NCBI GenBank assembly: GCA_945787655.1
Contig: CALZIJ010000002.1
Span: 44,576 to 108,575 of the forward strand
DNA length: 64,000 nt
Origin: Nitrospiria bacterium
GTDB taxonomy: Bacteria > Nitrospirota > Nitrospiria > SBBL01 > JAADHI01
Direction of reading: 5' to 3'
The position numbers and the translations under genes were made by a program. The notes below the pieces were generated by a model. It searched no databases. It was not told where the DNA came from and worked only from the letters and a program-made list of their open reading frames with translations. Below are positions 11,060-20,631 of this stretch, piece after piece; positions within the stretch are counted from its first letter, which is position 1, and the number at the start of each line of letters is the position of its first letter.

Positions 11060-11560
11060 TCAATGCCCGCCTTTTTTTAACTGGTATTCCCAGGGCGGGA
11101 CCGGATCCTTTGTTTTCCATAACCCGATTTTCATTTGCCGTGCAGCGTCTTCCAAATCGCCATAGGACATATCATCGGAGCGCTTCCAGGCCCACCAAGC
11201 CAGGCCTGCCTTGATCAATTCCCGGTTGAGGTTGAGACTCTTATCCAACAAAATCACTTCAGCAACCGCCTGTCCCCGTCGATCAAGCTCTTTCACATTG
11301 ACCTGGACCGGACCGGCAAAAACCAGCATGGCGCTAAATTCCTTCGCTTCATTAGAAAATGCTTGACCGGTTTCGGGACAGTCCACATCGGCTAAACGCA
11401 CCCGAACCAATTTCCCTTTGTGAAGAATACTGAGTAAATCCCCTTCAATCACATCCATCACCGTGCCATTGAAGGAATACGAAAATGTGGGTCCCGCACC
11501 CACGCTCGTAGTTACGAAAAAAAGAGAAAAAACCAGGACAAAAAGAGGTGTTATTTTCAT
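11060..11560 (-). CDS. Thermonuclease (SNase) family secreted protein
   Basis: Signal peptide; VIEGD, VRLADVDCPE, LNRELIKAGLAW, GLW..PVPPWEY. Confidence 0.88.
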   Translation of the reverse strand: MKITPLFVLVFSLFFVTTSVGAGPTFSYSFNGTVMDVIEGDLLSILHKGKLVRVRLADVDCPETGQAFSNEAKEFSAMLVFAGPVQVNVKELDRRGQAVAEVILLDKSLNLNRELIKAGLAWWAWKRSDDMSYGDLEDAARQMKIGLWKTKDPVPPWEYQLKKGGH

Positions 11561-11574
11561 TGGCCTAAAACCAA

Positions 11575-12144
11575 TTATTGCGTTTTGATTGAAGCGAGGT
11601 GCCCGTCTTTAAAAAAGAGGACTTTACGTTTTGTAAAATAATACCACCGCTCAGTCTTCATAAACGTTCCGATCGCGGGTTTGACTTCCTCAGGTTTTCC
11701 CAAACTGGCCTGAACATTTTCCTGGGTCATGCCGACCAAAACATGACCCCGCCGGATGGCCTCCCGGGTTTCATTATCCAGACCGGGATGTGTTTCAAGA
11801 TATTGATCTTTTCGTTGTTGTTCAAAAACACGGTAAGCTTCATTGTACAAGGTATTTTTTTCAGACTTGGAAAGATCCCACCCGGAGATGTAAACAAGAT
11901 AACCCATCTCTCTCTTTTTCTTCATATGCGTTAACGTTTCATCACCCGCAACAGGAACAAGCATGGCGATCAATTCTTCCCGCGTTGCTTTTCTACCGGC
12001 TTCAAAAAGCCGGTTCAGCAATGAAAGAGAGGTCTCATTCAGGGCGTAGGCGGTTGAAGTAACAAAGAAAAAAAACAGGCTATAACATACAATTCGTTTC
12101 AAAATGATATCCAGAGGTGAATAGATGAGGAACCCCTGATTCAA
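11575..12144 (-). CDS. Hypothetical exported protein with SmpA/OmlA-like C-terminal domain (start uncertain)
   Basis: Hydrophobic N-terminus; GMTQENVQASLGKP..ERWYY..LFFKDG. Confidence 0.55.
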   Translation of the reverse strand: MNQGFLIYSPLDIILKRIVCYSLFFFFVTSTAYALNETSLSLLNRLFEAGRKATREELIAMLVPVAGDETLTHMKKKREMGYLVYISGWDLSKSEKNTLYNEAYRVFEQQRKDQYLETHPGLDNETREAIRRGHVLVGMTQENVQASLGKPEEVKPAIGTFMKTERWYYFTKRKVLFFKDGHLASIKTQ

Positions 12145-12289
12145 TCTCGAATGTCAATCAAGCAGTTGACGCCGTCAACTTTTCCGCATTCAAGCCAGAC
12201 TGAATCAGAGGTTCCTCATCTAAAAATTTTATCACAAGCACTGGACAAAATGTCAATATCTCGACAATGAAATGACCCTGATTTTACTT

Positions 12290-12553
12290 TCATCCTGCCA
12301 CCTGAGTCTTGTCCTGGACTTGGGGTTCCGCCTGGGTCAGAACAGGTTCTCCCGAAAACGGGGTATCGAGCCTTTTGTAGTCCATCGGGACAGGAATGCC
12401 TCTTTTCATAAAGACAAGCAGTTCACGCGTCACTTCCTTAAAAAGTATACTCAGCTCCGGTCTCAGTTTTTTAAACGCGACAAAAGTCGTTAATGCCAGC
12501 AAAAACACAGTTGCAGGGACGCCTAAACTCACCGCTAAAAATTGGTTAATCAT
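12290..12553 (-). CDS. Small hypothetical membrane protein
   Basis: 87 aa, N-terminal TM helix, strong AGGAGG RBS, sigma54 promoter upstream. Confidence 0.7.
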   Translation of the reverse strand: MINQFLAVSLGVPATVFLLALTTFVAFKKLRPELSILFKEVTRELLVFMKRGIPVPMDYKRLDTPFSGEPVLTQAEPQVQDKTQVAG

Positions 12554-12622
12554 TTTTTTTCCTCCTTTTATAATCTGTTTTCAGTGATAAACCATGTTGC
12601 TCTTATTTATGCCCCAAGATAT

Positions 12623-12638
12623 AGCAATTGCTGTGCCA
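12623..12638 (-). promoter_or_regulatory. Sigma54 (-24/-12) promoter
   Basis: Minus strand TGGCACAGCAATTGCT = TGGCAC-N5-TTGC(T) consensus. Confidence 0.85.
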
Positions 12639-12656
12639 AAAAATTTTACCTTTTTA

Positions 12657-12669
12657 AATCAGGTACTTA
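12657..12669 (+). promoter_or_regulatory. IHF-binding site candidate
   Basis: AATCAGGTACTTA fits WATCARNNNNTTR, with A/T tract upstream, located between sigma54 site and UAS. Confidence 0.6.
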
Positions 12670-12698
12670 CAGAATCTTACTGCCTTCCACCCCATAAT

Positions 12699-12742
12699 AA
12701 TGTTTCAAATAGAAACAAATATGCGTTTCTATTTGAAACATT
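12699..12742. promoter_or_regulatory. Tandem enhancer (bEBP upstream activator) sites forming an 18-bp inverted repeat
   Basis: AATGTTTCAAATAGAAAC-aaatatgc-GTTTCTATTTGAAACATT; contains TGTTTC-N5-GAAACA and CGTTTC-N5-GAAACA. Confidence 0.7.
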
Positions 12743-12787
12743 CAATAAAATGAAACACCGCTTTTAATGGCTTGGTGAAATGAGGCC

Positions 12788-14809
12788 TTATTCGCCAGAA
12801 TAGAGGAAACAGCTTGTTTCGTGGGATGGGCTTAAAACCGAGAGATCAGGGTACTCTTCCCGGCAAACCGGCATGGACTTCGGACAACGAGGGTGGAAAT
12901 AACACCCCTTTGGTGGATTGATGGGAGACGGGAGATCCCCTTCTACCCGAATAATCATGCGTTTCTTTTTGGGGTCCACTTGCGGAACCGCGGAGAGCAG
13001 GGCTTGTGTGTAAGGATGTTTTGGGTTTCCTAAAACCGACTCGACAGAGCCATATTCGACAATGCGGCCCAAATACATGACCGCGACCTCATCGGCAAAA
13101 TAGTCTACAACTGATAGATCATGCGTGATAAATAAATAGGCGAGGCGGTATGTTGACTGTAACTGTTTTAACAAATTCAAAACCTGTGCCTGCACTGAAA
13201 CATCGAGCGCGCTCGTCGGTTCATCGCAGATAATCACTTTCGGCTGGACGGCTAAAACGCGAGCGATGCAGATCCGTTGACGCTGACCGCCCGAAAATTC
13301 ATGCGGGTAACGATCCTTCGCATCCGGGGTCAACCCCACCTGGTCCAACAACTCATCCATCCATGTGTCATCATCTTGCGCCTGTTCGACCTTTAGGGCC
13401 TTCACCCCTTCCTTTAAAATATCTCCCACCAACATTCGGGGATTCAGGGAAGAATAGGGGTCTTGAAAAATGATTTGAAAATCGCTCCGTCTTTGTCGAA
13501 GCGCCTCCCTTGAAAGCGTGGATAAATCGGTATTTTCCAAAACCACAGCGCCTTCCGTTTGAGGGATTAATTGAAGAATTGCCTTCCCCACAGTGGTCTT
13601 TCCACAGCCGGATTCCCCAACAAGGGCAACGGTCTTCCCCGGATCGATTTTTAATGACACCCCGTCGACCGCCTTCACATGGCCGACGACCCGCTTAAAC
13701 AGGCCTTTTTGAACCGGGAAATGCACTTTCAAATTCGAAACCTGGAGCAATGTGGACTTTTCATGATCCATACCCGAAACACCCACATCCCCTGTTTTCG
13801 AGATATTTTCTTGTAATTTTTCGGCTTCACGCGCCATTTCCGGCGCATCAACCAGATGACATCGAACCCCGCCCGTTTCAAGGGAGTGCCATTGAGGCAC
13901 TTCTTTTTCACACCGCTCCCACGCATTGTCACAGCGGTTTGAAAAACGGCAGCCCAGAAAAACCTGATTCAGGGCCGGCACCGTGCCCCGGATAATTTCC
14001 AGGGCTTCTCCACGCTGTTTGTTTCCGGGAAGTGAACTGAGCAACTTTTGTGAATAGGGATGGCGTGGATTTTCAAAAAAGGCCTGGCGTTCCGCCATTT
14101 CAACAATTTCTCCGGCATACATCACCGCCACATGGTCCGCCATTTCTGACACCACTCCAAGGTCATGTGTAATTAACAAAATCGCCATGCCCTTGTCTTT
14201 TTGAAGGCGGCGGAGCAAGTCCAGAATTTGGGCCTGAATCGTTACATCCAAAGCCGTCGTCGGCTCATCGGCGATCAACAAATCAGGTTCTCCCGAAAGT
14301 GCAATGGCAATCATCACACGTTGTTTCATCCCGCCTGAAATTTGATGCGGATACTCATCATAACGCCGGTTTGGATCTGGGATGCCAACCAGATCCAGCA
14401 AATCAACGGCACGCGCTCTAGCCATTTTCGCATCCAGTTTTAAATGATATTCAAGCGTTTCCCGAATCTGCTCCCCGATGCTAATGACCGGATTAAGGCT
14501 GGTCATTGGCTCCTGGAATATCATCGACATCCGGTTTCCCCGCAAACCCCGCATGGCCACTTCAGGAAGGCCGCATAAATCTTCTCCTTCCAATAAAATC
14601 TGTCCCGATTCAATTCGCCCGGCAGGTTGGGGAACCAGTTTCATAATGGAAAGCGCCGTCATTGATTTCCCGCTACCGGATTCACCCACTAATGCAAAGG
14701 TTTCTCCGCGCTGTATATCAAAAGACACACCATCCACGGCACGGACGATCCCGCCCTCGGTTGAAAACCATGTTTTAAGGCCCTGAATGGATAACAAACT
14801 TTGACTCAT
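12788..14809 (-). CDS. Oligopeptide/dipeptide ABC transporter ATP-binding protein, two fused NBDs
   Basis: Two Walker A ([16 protein letters not shown]), SGGMKQR/SGGQRQR, DEPT, two oligo_HPY C-terminal domains. Confidence 0.93.
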   Translation of the reverse strand: MSQSLLSIQGLKTWFSTEGGIVRAVDGVSFDIQRGETFALVGESGSGKSMTALSIMKLVPQPAGRIESGQILLEGEDLCGLPEVAMRGLRGNRMSMIFQEPMTSLNPVISIGEQIRETLEYHLKLDAKMARARAVDLLDLVGIPDPNRRYDEYPHQISGGMKQRVMIAIALSGEPDLLIADEPTTALDVTIQAQILDLLRRLQKDKGMAILLITHDLGVVSEMADHVAVMYAGEIVEMAERQAFFENPRHPYSQKLLSSLPGNKQRGEALEIIRGTVPALNQVFLGCRFSNRCDNAWERCEKEVPQWHSLETGGVRCHLVDAPEMAREAEKLQENISKTGDVGVSGMDHEKSTLLQVSNLKVHFPVQKGLFKRVVGHVKAVDGVSLKIDPGKTVALVGESGCGKTTVGKAILQLIPQTEGAVVLENTDLSTLSREALRQRRSDFQIIFQDPYSSLNPRMLVGDILKEGVKALKVEQAQDDDTWMDELLDQVGLTPDAKDRYPHEFSGGQRQRICIARVLAVQPKVIICDEPTSALDVSVQAQVLNLLKQLQSTYRLAYLFITHDLSVVDYFADEVAVMYLGRIVEYGSVESVLGNPKHPYTQALLSAVPQVDPKKKRMIIRVEGDLPSPINPPKGCYFHPRCPKSMPVCREEYPDLSVLSPSHETSCFLYSGE

Positions 14810-14878
14810 GAGCTACGCTTATTTTTCACTGAGATAAATACCGGTTAAAGAGAATGAAATAATGATGGTCTTCAAGGC

Positions 14879-16300
14879 TCATCTTCCCCTCAAACGAGGG
14901 TCAAACGCATCCCGCACCGCATCGGAAAATACATTGGCCGCCAACACCAATACAAACATAAAGATAAAAGCCGCCGTAAGCGACCACCATACAACGGGTT
15001 CCCTGGCCAGCTCAAGCCGGGCGCTGTTAATCATATTGCCCCAGGAAATCATGGCCGGGTCCACCCCCACACCCACATAGGATAATATTGCTTCAGCCAA
15101 AACCAATCCGCTGAAATCCAGTACGACCGCGATCAAAACCAGGTGCATCACATTCGGTAGAATATAATGTGTCATAATCCGTTGGTTTCCAACGCCCAGT
15201 GCTTTCGCCGCCTGCACATACTCCATTTCCCGGAGCTTCAGGGTTTCTCCACGCAACATTCGGCAAAGACCAATCCAGCTCGTTACACCTAAAATCAGAC
15301 AAAGAAATAACAGCCGGATATCCGCACGTTCTGTGATACTCGCAAAGGCGTCTGCATTTTTGTCCATATAAACCTGTAAAATCAACACGGCCGCCGCGAT
15401 CAGCAGCACACCAGGAATAGAACTTAAGGTCGTATACAAGTACTGGATCGCATCGTCTATTTTCCCGCGAAAATAACCGGCGGATATCCCCAGGAAAATA
15501 GCGAAAGGCAGCATCACTAAAGTCGTCAAGGTCCCGATTACCAGTCCGGTGCGTACCCCCTTGAGCGCCAAATACAAAACATCTTGCCCGACTTTGTCCG
15601 TTCCAAAAAGATGATACTTGGTACTGAGCGGTCCGGCAATCCCCACCACGATAAACACTAACCCCGCTGTGAGCAGAATCGCACGCCATGCCGTTTCTGT
15701 TTCACCGCGAATCATTTTTCGTGTCATTTCTTTTGGCGGAATCTGGTGTTTTTGACTTAAAACCAACATCACCCAGATATAAAACAACACGATAATGCCA
15801 ATGCCAAAAACAGCACGTTCACCCACCCGGGATAAAAGGTCGGGCCACCGATCCGTTTCAGGGTTCACCAAATGCGCCCCGCCATATTTCAATCGCGGGT
15901 AAATCCGTTGCTTTGTTCCGTCCGGGCCTTCAAGCATCTGCTTGTTAAAGGCATGGGTTGCCAATGGCGCAGAATAGGTTTTCTCTACATTATTTTTCAA
16001 ACCTTCAAGCAGTACATCCAACAAGGAAAGGACTTCAGGGTCATATTGCAGGGCCTTGCTTGTGTCAGTCATCGGCAACTGCTTCCTGAAATGCACGGAG
16101 TCCATCAGGCCGATTGAAAGATAAAAAAGAAGCAGGACCAAGGCGGACATCGCAAAAGGTCGGCGGCGGATCTGCCGCCAGGGGGCAAGCAGGTGCTCCT
16201 TTCTCGAAACATAAAACCCAAACCCTACGACCAGCACAAGCAGCAGGTAAATCATGCGGTCCGTCCAGAGCAAAGTCCATTGAAAAGGGAACTCCATCAC
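14879..16300 (-). CDS. Peptide ABC transporter permease (DppC/OppC-like)
   Basis: FGTDKVGQD, EYVQAAKALG EAA loop, HYILPN, RDAFDPR. Confidence 0.9.
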   Translation of the reverse strand: MMEFPFQWTLLWTDRMIYLLLVLVVGFGFYVSRKEHLLAPWRQIRRRPFAMSALVLLLFYLSIGLMDSVHFRKQLPMTDTSKALQYDPEVLSLLDVLLEGLKNNVEKTYSAPLATHAFNKQMLEGPDGTKQRIYPRLKYGGAHLVNPETDRWPDLLSRVGERAVFGIGIIVLFYIWVMLVLSQKHQIPPKEMTRKMIRGETETAWRAILLTAGLVFIVVGIAGPLSTKYHLFGTDKVGQDVLYLALKGVRTGLVIGTLTTLVMLPFAIFLGISAGYFRGKIDDAIQYLYTTLSSIPGVLLIAAAVLILQVYMDKNADAFASITERADIRLLFLCLILGVTSWIGLCRMLRGETLKLREMEYVQAAKALGVGNQRIMTHYILPNVMHLVLIAVVLDFSGLVLAEAILSYVGVGVDPAMISWGNMINSARLELAREPVVWWSLTAAFIFMFVLVLAANVFSDAVRDAFDPRLRGR

Positions 16301-16335
16301 TCAGGCCCCCTGCTTTGCCGTCATCAGCTTACCGC

Positions 16336-17313
16336 TCATCGCAATCGCACTCTCGGATCAACCCAGGTATAAGATATGTCAGTGAGAATCAATCCGACAA
16401 TATACAAGACCGACCCCAGGAACACCATAGCCCGAACGATGCCAAAATCCTGACTGTTAATGGCGTCAATGGTATAACTGCCCAAACCGGGGATACTGAA
16501 AAAAGATTCGGTCACCAAACTACCCATAAACAAAAGCGGGATGACAACCACCACCCCTGTTAAAATCGGAACCAGGGCATTTCGAAGAACATGACGAAAC
16601 AACACCGTCAGTTCTGCCAGCCCTTTGGCCCGTGCTGTACGGACATAGTCCTTTCCGATCTCTTCCAGAAAGATACTTCGGTACCATCGTGTTCCGCTGC
16701 CAATGCCCCCCACCAGAGCCACCAATACAGGTAAAACCAAAAACTTGACGGCATTGATCCCCTCATCGTAACCCGAAATCGGCACCAGCCGAAACATTTT
16801 ACTTAAAAGAAATTGACCGCCAATAATATAGAACAAAGAGGAAATCGACATCATACCAACGGCCACAATAATGCCCCAGGTGTCAATATAGCTTGCACGA
16901 AAAAAAGCAATCAGCATCGCGACAGTAATATTGACCAACAGACCAACAATTAAACTGGGCATGGCAATCGCCAAACTGGGCCACATCCGCTCCCGGATAT
17001 CCGCACCAATGTTCCTTCCGTCATCTGCGAAGCCAAAGTCAAAAACAAAAAGGCGGACGGACTTCTTAAAAAAGATGGTTTCGCTGATTTTTTGAATCCC
17101 TTCAGCGGATGCGTTCCACGCAACCGGAATATCGTAACCATGATCCGCTTTCCATTTTTCTATCGCTTCCGGGGTCACGCGCTTCATCCCCAAATGAAGG
17201 CGGGCCATGTCGTCCGGCGTATTCACCACAAAAAACAAAATGAAAGTCAGCAGGTTAACCCCGACTAAAATCGGAATCGCATACAGCACTCGGCGAATAA
17301 TATAAGTAATCAC
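16336..17313 (-). CDS. Peptide ABC transporter permease (DppB/OppB-like)
   Basis: YIIRR, DYVRTARAKGL, HVLRNAL, DPRVR. Confidence 0.92.
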   Translation of the reverse strand: MITYIIRRVLYAIPILVGVNLLTFILFFVVNTPDDMARLHLGMKRVTPEAIEKWKADHGYDIPVAWNASAEGIQKISETIFFKKSVRLFVFDFGFADDGRNIGADIRERMWPSLAIAMPSLIVGLLVNITVAMLIAFFRASYIDTWGIIVAVGMMSISSLFYIIGGQFLLSKMFRLVPISGYDEGINAVKFLVLPVLVALVGGIGSGTRWYRSIFLEEIGKDYVRTARAKGLAELTVLFRHVLRNALVPILTGVVVVIPLLFMGSLVTESFFSIPGLGSYTIDAINSQDFGIVRAMVFLGSVLYIVGLILTDISYTWVDPRVRLR

Positions 17314-17316
17314 AGT

Positions 17317-19461
17317 TTAAGTCTCCCGCTCTTTTTTGCGGTAAGTCAACACTGCGGGCAAAGTTCCGGCGAAAATGAGTCCCGCGATTACTAATAAGGG
17401 CCACACACGGGGCTTGTTCCATTCTTGACGTTTTTGTGTTCGAAGCACAGGGTCTACTTTTGCATACTTTAAGGTGTTATTGGCCATTAAATTGGGTTTT
17501 ATATTGCCGTACCAGACATGATAAAGCCCAAACTGCTTCGGGTGAAACCCTGAAGCCCAGGGCACGTCGTGACGAAAAAGATCAACCATTTCATTAATAA
17601 TCGCCTGCCGCTCCGGGCTGTTTTCCATGTTTTTCATCTGTTCAAAAAGGGCATCAAAGCGGTCATTGGCATAATTGGCGGCGTTCTCCCCATTCTTCCC
17701 CGCTTTTGCATTCGGCCCATATAACAAAAAGAAAAAGTTTTCCGGATCGGGATAATCTGCGTTCCATCCCCACTGAAACATCTGTGCCGTGCCTTTGAGC
17801 ATTTTGTCCTGAAACCGGTTGTAATCCGTGTTTCGGATAACCAGCTGGACTTGAATTTTGTCAAATTGTTTGCGTATCCAGTCGAAGCGCGCCTTGACTT
17901 CAGGCCCGGACCCGGTCGCATCAAAATGCAGTATGAGGGGTTTCCCTGTTTCAGCATCGCGTCCGTTTGGGTATCCTGCTTCAGTCAGCAACCGGCGCGC
18001 TTCCGCGATGGGTTTTCTTTTAGGCCGCCCATTGACATTGTCGTAGACATAAGGGTTGATCCCGGCTTCTCCTTCAAGGTAACCGAAAATCCCCGGTGGA
18101 AGCGGACCTTGCATGGCGATCCCCCGGCCGTTCTGGAAAATTCCGATCGCCTCTTCCTGGTCAATGGCAATGGCAATGGCCTGCCGGATTTTACGAGCCG
18201 ATTCACTCTGTCCACCCACAACTGAATCCAGCATGTTAAAGGCAATATAATACGTCGACGCCGCAGTACTGGTTAAAAGACGGATTCCTTTTTCCGCCAT
18301 TTCGTCCGTCAAAGCCGTATCGCCGTTTCCTGTCATGCGGACAGCCTGATCAAAACTATCGGAAGAAATTCCGGAACTGTCATAATATCCCTGTAGAAAT
18401 TTGTTCCAGATCGGAATCCCTTCTTTTTCCAGGCTAAACACCACTTTCTCAATAAAAGGCAGGGGTTTTCCGGCATCGGCCAGTAATCCCGCCATTTCGT
18501 CTTCGGGCGCCCCTTCTCTCGGGTAGGTTTCCCGGTGAAAATTCGGATTTTTTTCCAAAACCATCTGGCGGTTCGGATTATTGATGGTCAGCATATAAGG
18601 CCCGGTGCCAACGGGATACCAATCGAGTGTAATATTTTTTTCCACCAACCCAGGCTGTGCATAAAATTGGTCCGCTTCATAGGGGATGGGAGCAAAAAAA
18701 GGCATGGCCAGCCAATAAAGAAACTGCGGATATTTTCCTTTCACCTTTATGCGATACCTGTAGCGGTCGAGAACCTCCACTCCTTCAAGCGGATAATCCC
18801 GAAGGTCAAGAAAACCCTGTTCTTTGGAAACAACCGACTGAAGCGTTTGACTCAGTTCTTTCAAGCCTGCGATATATTCAGACATAAAACCAAAAATTGG
18901 AGAATGAATTTTAGGGTGCGCGAGCCGCTTGATTTGATAAACATAATCTTCCGCCGTCAGCTCCCTGGATCCTGTCTCTTCAAAATCGCCAAGTTTTTGA
19001 ATGCCCTCCAGCGCTTCTGTAGCCAGGTTCAAATAGAGCGGCTCGCCTGAACCCGCTTTGGCAAAAGCAGGATGGGGTTGGTATTGAATGCCGGGTTTAA
19101 TCTGAATTTCATAGATACTCCAGGCCACCTCTTCTGAAGAAGAGGCTTCACCCAGTACTTCTCCGACCGCATTTAAATAGATCGGATGTGGCATTTCTTC
19201 CGCCGTCAGCGGAACCAACTGATAGGGACGTTTTAAATAATGATATTGAAACGGAGGTTCGTAGATCTGTCCCGTAAAAACAATCTCGTTTGATGAGTAG
19301 GATTGCGCGGGATCAAGATGTTTTGGGCGAGCACTAAATGAACTGTAGAGAACATTTTTTTCTTGCTCTTCCGCCGGGTAGGGATTGTTCAGCGGCGTAC
19401 TAGTACACGCAGTCAGAATAAAAACCAGAATGAGCCCTAATCTCGCGAAAGACCGATTCAC
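17317..19461 (-). CDS. Peptide ABC transporter substrate-binding lipoprotein (family 5)
   Basis: GTG start at 19461 with GAGGAG RBS; lipobox LTAC; LDPA, PVGTGPY, GWNADYPDPENF; C-terminal TM. Confidence 0.88.
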   Translation of the reverse strand: MNRSFARLGLILVFILTACTSTPLNNPYPAEEQEKNVLYSSFSARPKHLDPAQSYSSNEIVFTGQIYEPPFQYHYLKRPYQLVPLTAEEMPHPIYLNAVGEVLGEASSSEEVAWSIYEIQIKPGIQYQPHPAFAKAGSGEPLYLNLATEALEGIQKLGDFEETGSRELTAEDYVYQIKRLAHPKIHSPIFGFMSEYIAGLKELSQTLQSVVSKEQGFLDLRDYPLEGVEVLDRYRYRIKVKGKYPQFLYWLAMPFFAPIPYEADQFYAQPGLVEKNITLDWYPVGTGPYMLTINNPNRQMVLEKNPNFHRETYPREGAPEDEMAGLLADAGKPLPFIEKVVFSLEKEGIPIWNKFLQGYYDSSGISSDSFDQAVRMTGNGDTALTDEMAEKGIRLLTSTAASTYYIAFNMLDSVVGGQSESARKIRQAIAIAIDQEEAIGIFQNGRGIAMQGPLPPGIFGYLEGEAGINPYVYDNVNGRPKRKPIAEARRLLTEAGYPNGRDAETGKPLILHFDATGSGPEVKARFDWIRKQFDKIQVQLVIRNTDYNRFQDKMLKGTAQMFQWGWNADYPDPENFFFLLYGPNAKAGKNGENAANYANDRFDALFEQMKNMENSPERQAIINEMVDLFRHDVPWASGFHPKQFGLYHVWYGNIKPNLMANNTLKYAKVDPVLRTQKRQEWNKPRVWPLLVIAGLIFAGTLPAVLTYRKKERET

Positions 19462-19477
19462 AGACTCACTCCTCGGC

Positions 19478-19813
19478 CTAATCGGAAGCGGCATCCTCTG
19501 GGGTTTCAACCGGTGTCGGGATTTCAGTGCTGCCTGAGGGGGTTCCTTCATTTCCGCTCATATCAATGACGGAAGATCCCAAACCGCCGCCGCCTTTTAA
19601 AACAGAGAGAGAAAGCGATGTCAGCATAAAAACAACCGCTGCACCCACGGTCAGTTTGCTCAAAAACGTGGCGGCGCCGCGGCTGCCAAATATCGTCTGG
19701 CTTGATCCGCCAAACGCCGCGCCCATTTCGGCGCCCTTACCGGCCTGGAGCAGCACCACACAGATTAAAATTATACATACAATCACATGAACAACCAAAA
19801 TAAAGGTATACAT
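19478..19813 (-). CDS. secG: Preprotein translocase subunit SecG
   Basis: VLLQAGKGAEMGAAFGGSSQTIFGSRGA; downstream of tpiA. Confidence 0.95.
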   Translation of the reverse strand: MYTFILVVHVIVCIILICVVLLQAGKGAEMGAAFGGSSQTIFGSRGAATFLSKLTVGAAVVFMLTSLSLSVLKGGGGLGSSVIDMSGNEGTPSGSTEIPTPVETPEDAASD

Positions 19814-19830
19814 TGTTCTCCTTAAAATCC

Positions 19831-20631
19831 CTATAAAGCCGGGTTTTCTTCTTTTTCGCCCAGTTCTATCAGTTTAAAAAAAGTTTCGTGCGAAAGACTT
19901 GCCCCGCCGACCAACACCCCGTCGATGGCAGACGCTTTTAAAAATTCAGCGATATTCTTCTCTGACACACTGCCTCCATAAAGGGTTCGGGGAGTCCCTT
20001 TTCCAACCTGATCTGCAATAAACGTCCTGATCTGTTGATGCACATCCGTAACTTCTTTAGGTGTCGGGGTTTCTCCTGTTCCGATCGCCCAAACAGGTTC
20101 ATAGGCGATCACCCAATCCAGTATATTGTCCGTCAGGCCAGTTTTTATAAGGTCATCTGTCAAGACAGCGGACAGCTGTCCCTGCAACCGATCCCAGGTT
20201 TTCCCTGTCCGGCGATCCTTTAGCGTCTCCCCGATGCAAAGCACCGGCAATACGCCAGCTTTTCGCACAGCAAACACCTTTCGCCGCACAAGATCATCGG
20301 TTTCCCCAAACAATGTCCGCCGTTCCGAATGCCCGATAATAACGTATTTACATCCTATTTCGCAAAGCATTCCACTTGAAATTTCTCCGGTATACGCACC
20401 CGAAATGTCATAATGAACATTTTGAGCCGCAAGGCCAATGTCAATGCCTGACTGTTTTATCGCTTTTGAAACGGCTTGAAGCGCTGTAAAAGGGGGCGCA
20501 AGAATCACTTCCCTTGGGGAAGGAAAAGGAGCAGCTTTGTAGCGTGCCACCAAATCGGCGACATAAGATTCCGCCTCCTGGATACCCTTGTTCATCTTCC
20601 AGTTGGCAATAAAACAGGGCGGACGGGCCAT
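19831..20631 (-). CDS. tpiA: Triosephosphate isomerase
   Basis: ANWKMN, GHSERR, AYEPVWAIGTG, YGGSV, LVGGASL. Confidence 0.97.
   Translation of the reverse strand: MARPPCFIANWKMNKGIQEAESYVADLVARYKAAPFPSPREVILAPPFTALQAVSKAIKQSGIDIGLAAQNVHYDISGAYTGEISSGMLCEIGCKYVIIGHSERRTLFGETDDLVRRKVFAVRKAGVLPVLCIGETLKDRRTGKTWDRLQGQLSAVLTDDLIKTGLTDNILDWVIAYEPVWAIGTGETPTPKEVTDVHQQIRTFIADQVGKGTPRTLYGGSVSEKNIAEFLKASAIDGVLVGGASLSHETFFKLIELGEKEENPAL

Noticed and set aside
19462-19551. tRNA-Leu after secG, and the longer 744-aa start of the binding protein
   Set aside because: No room or cloverleaf; the extension overlaps secG, and GTG 19461 has an RBS and signal peptide
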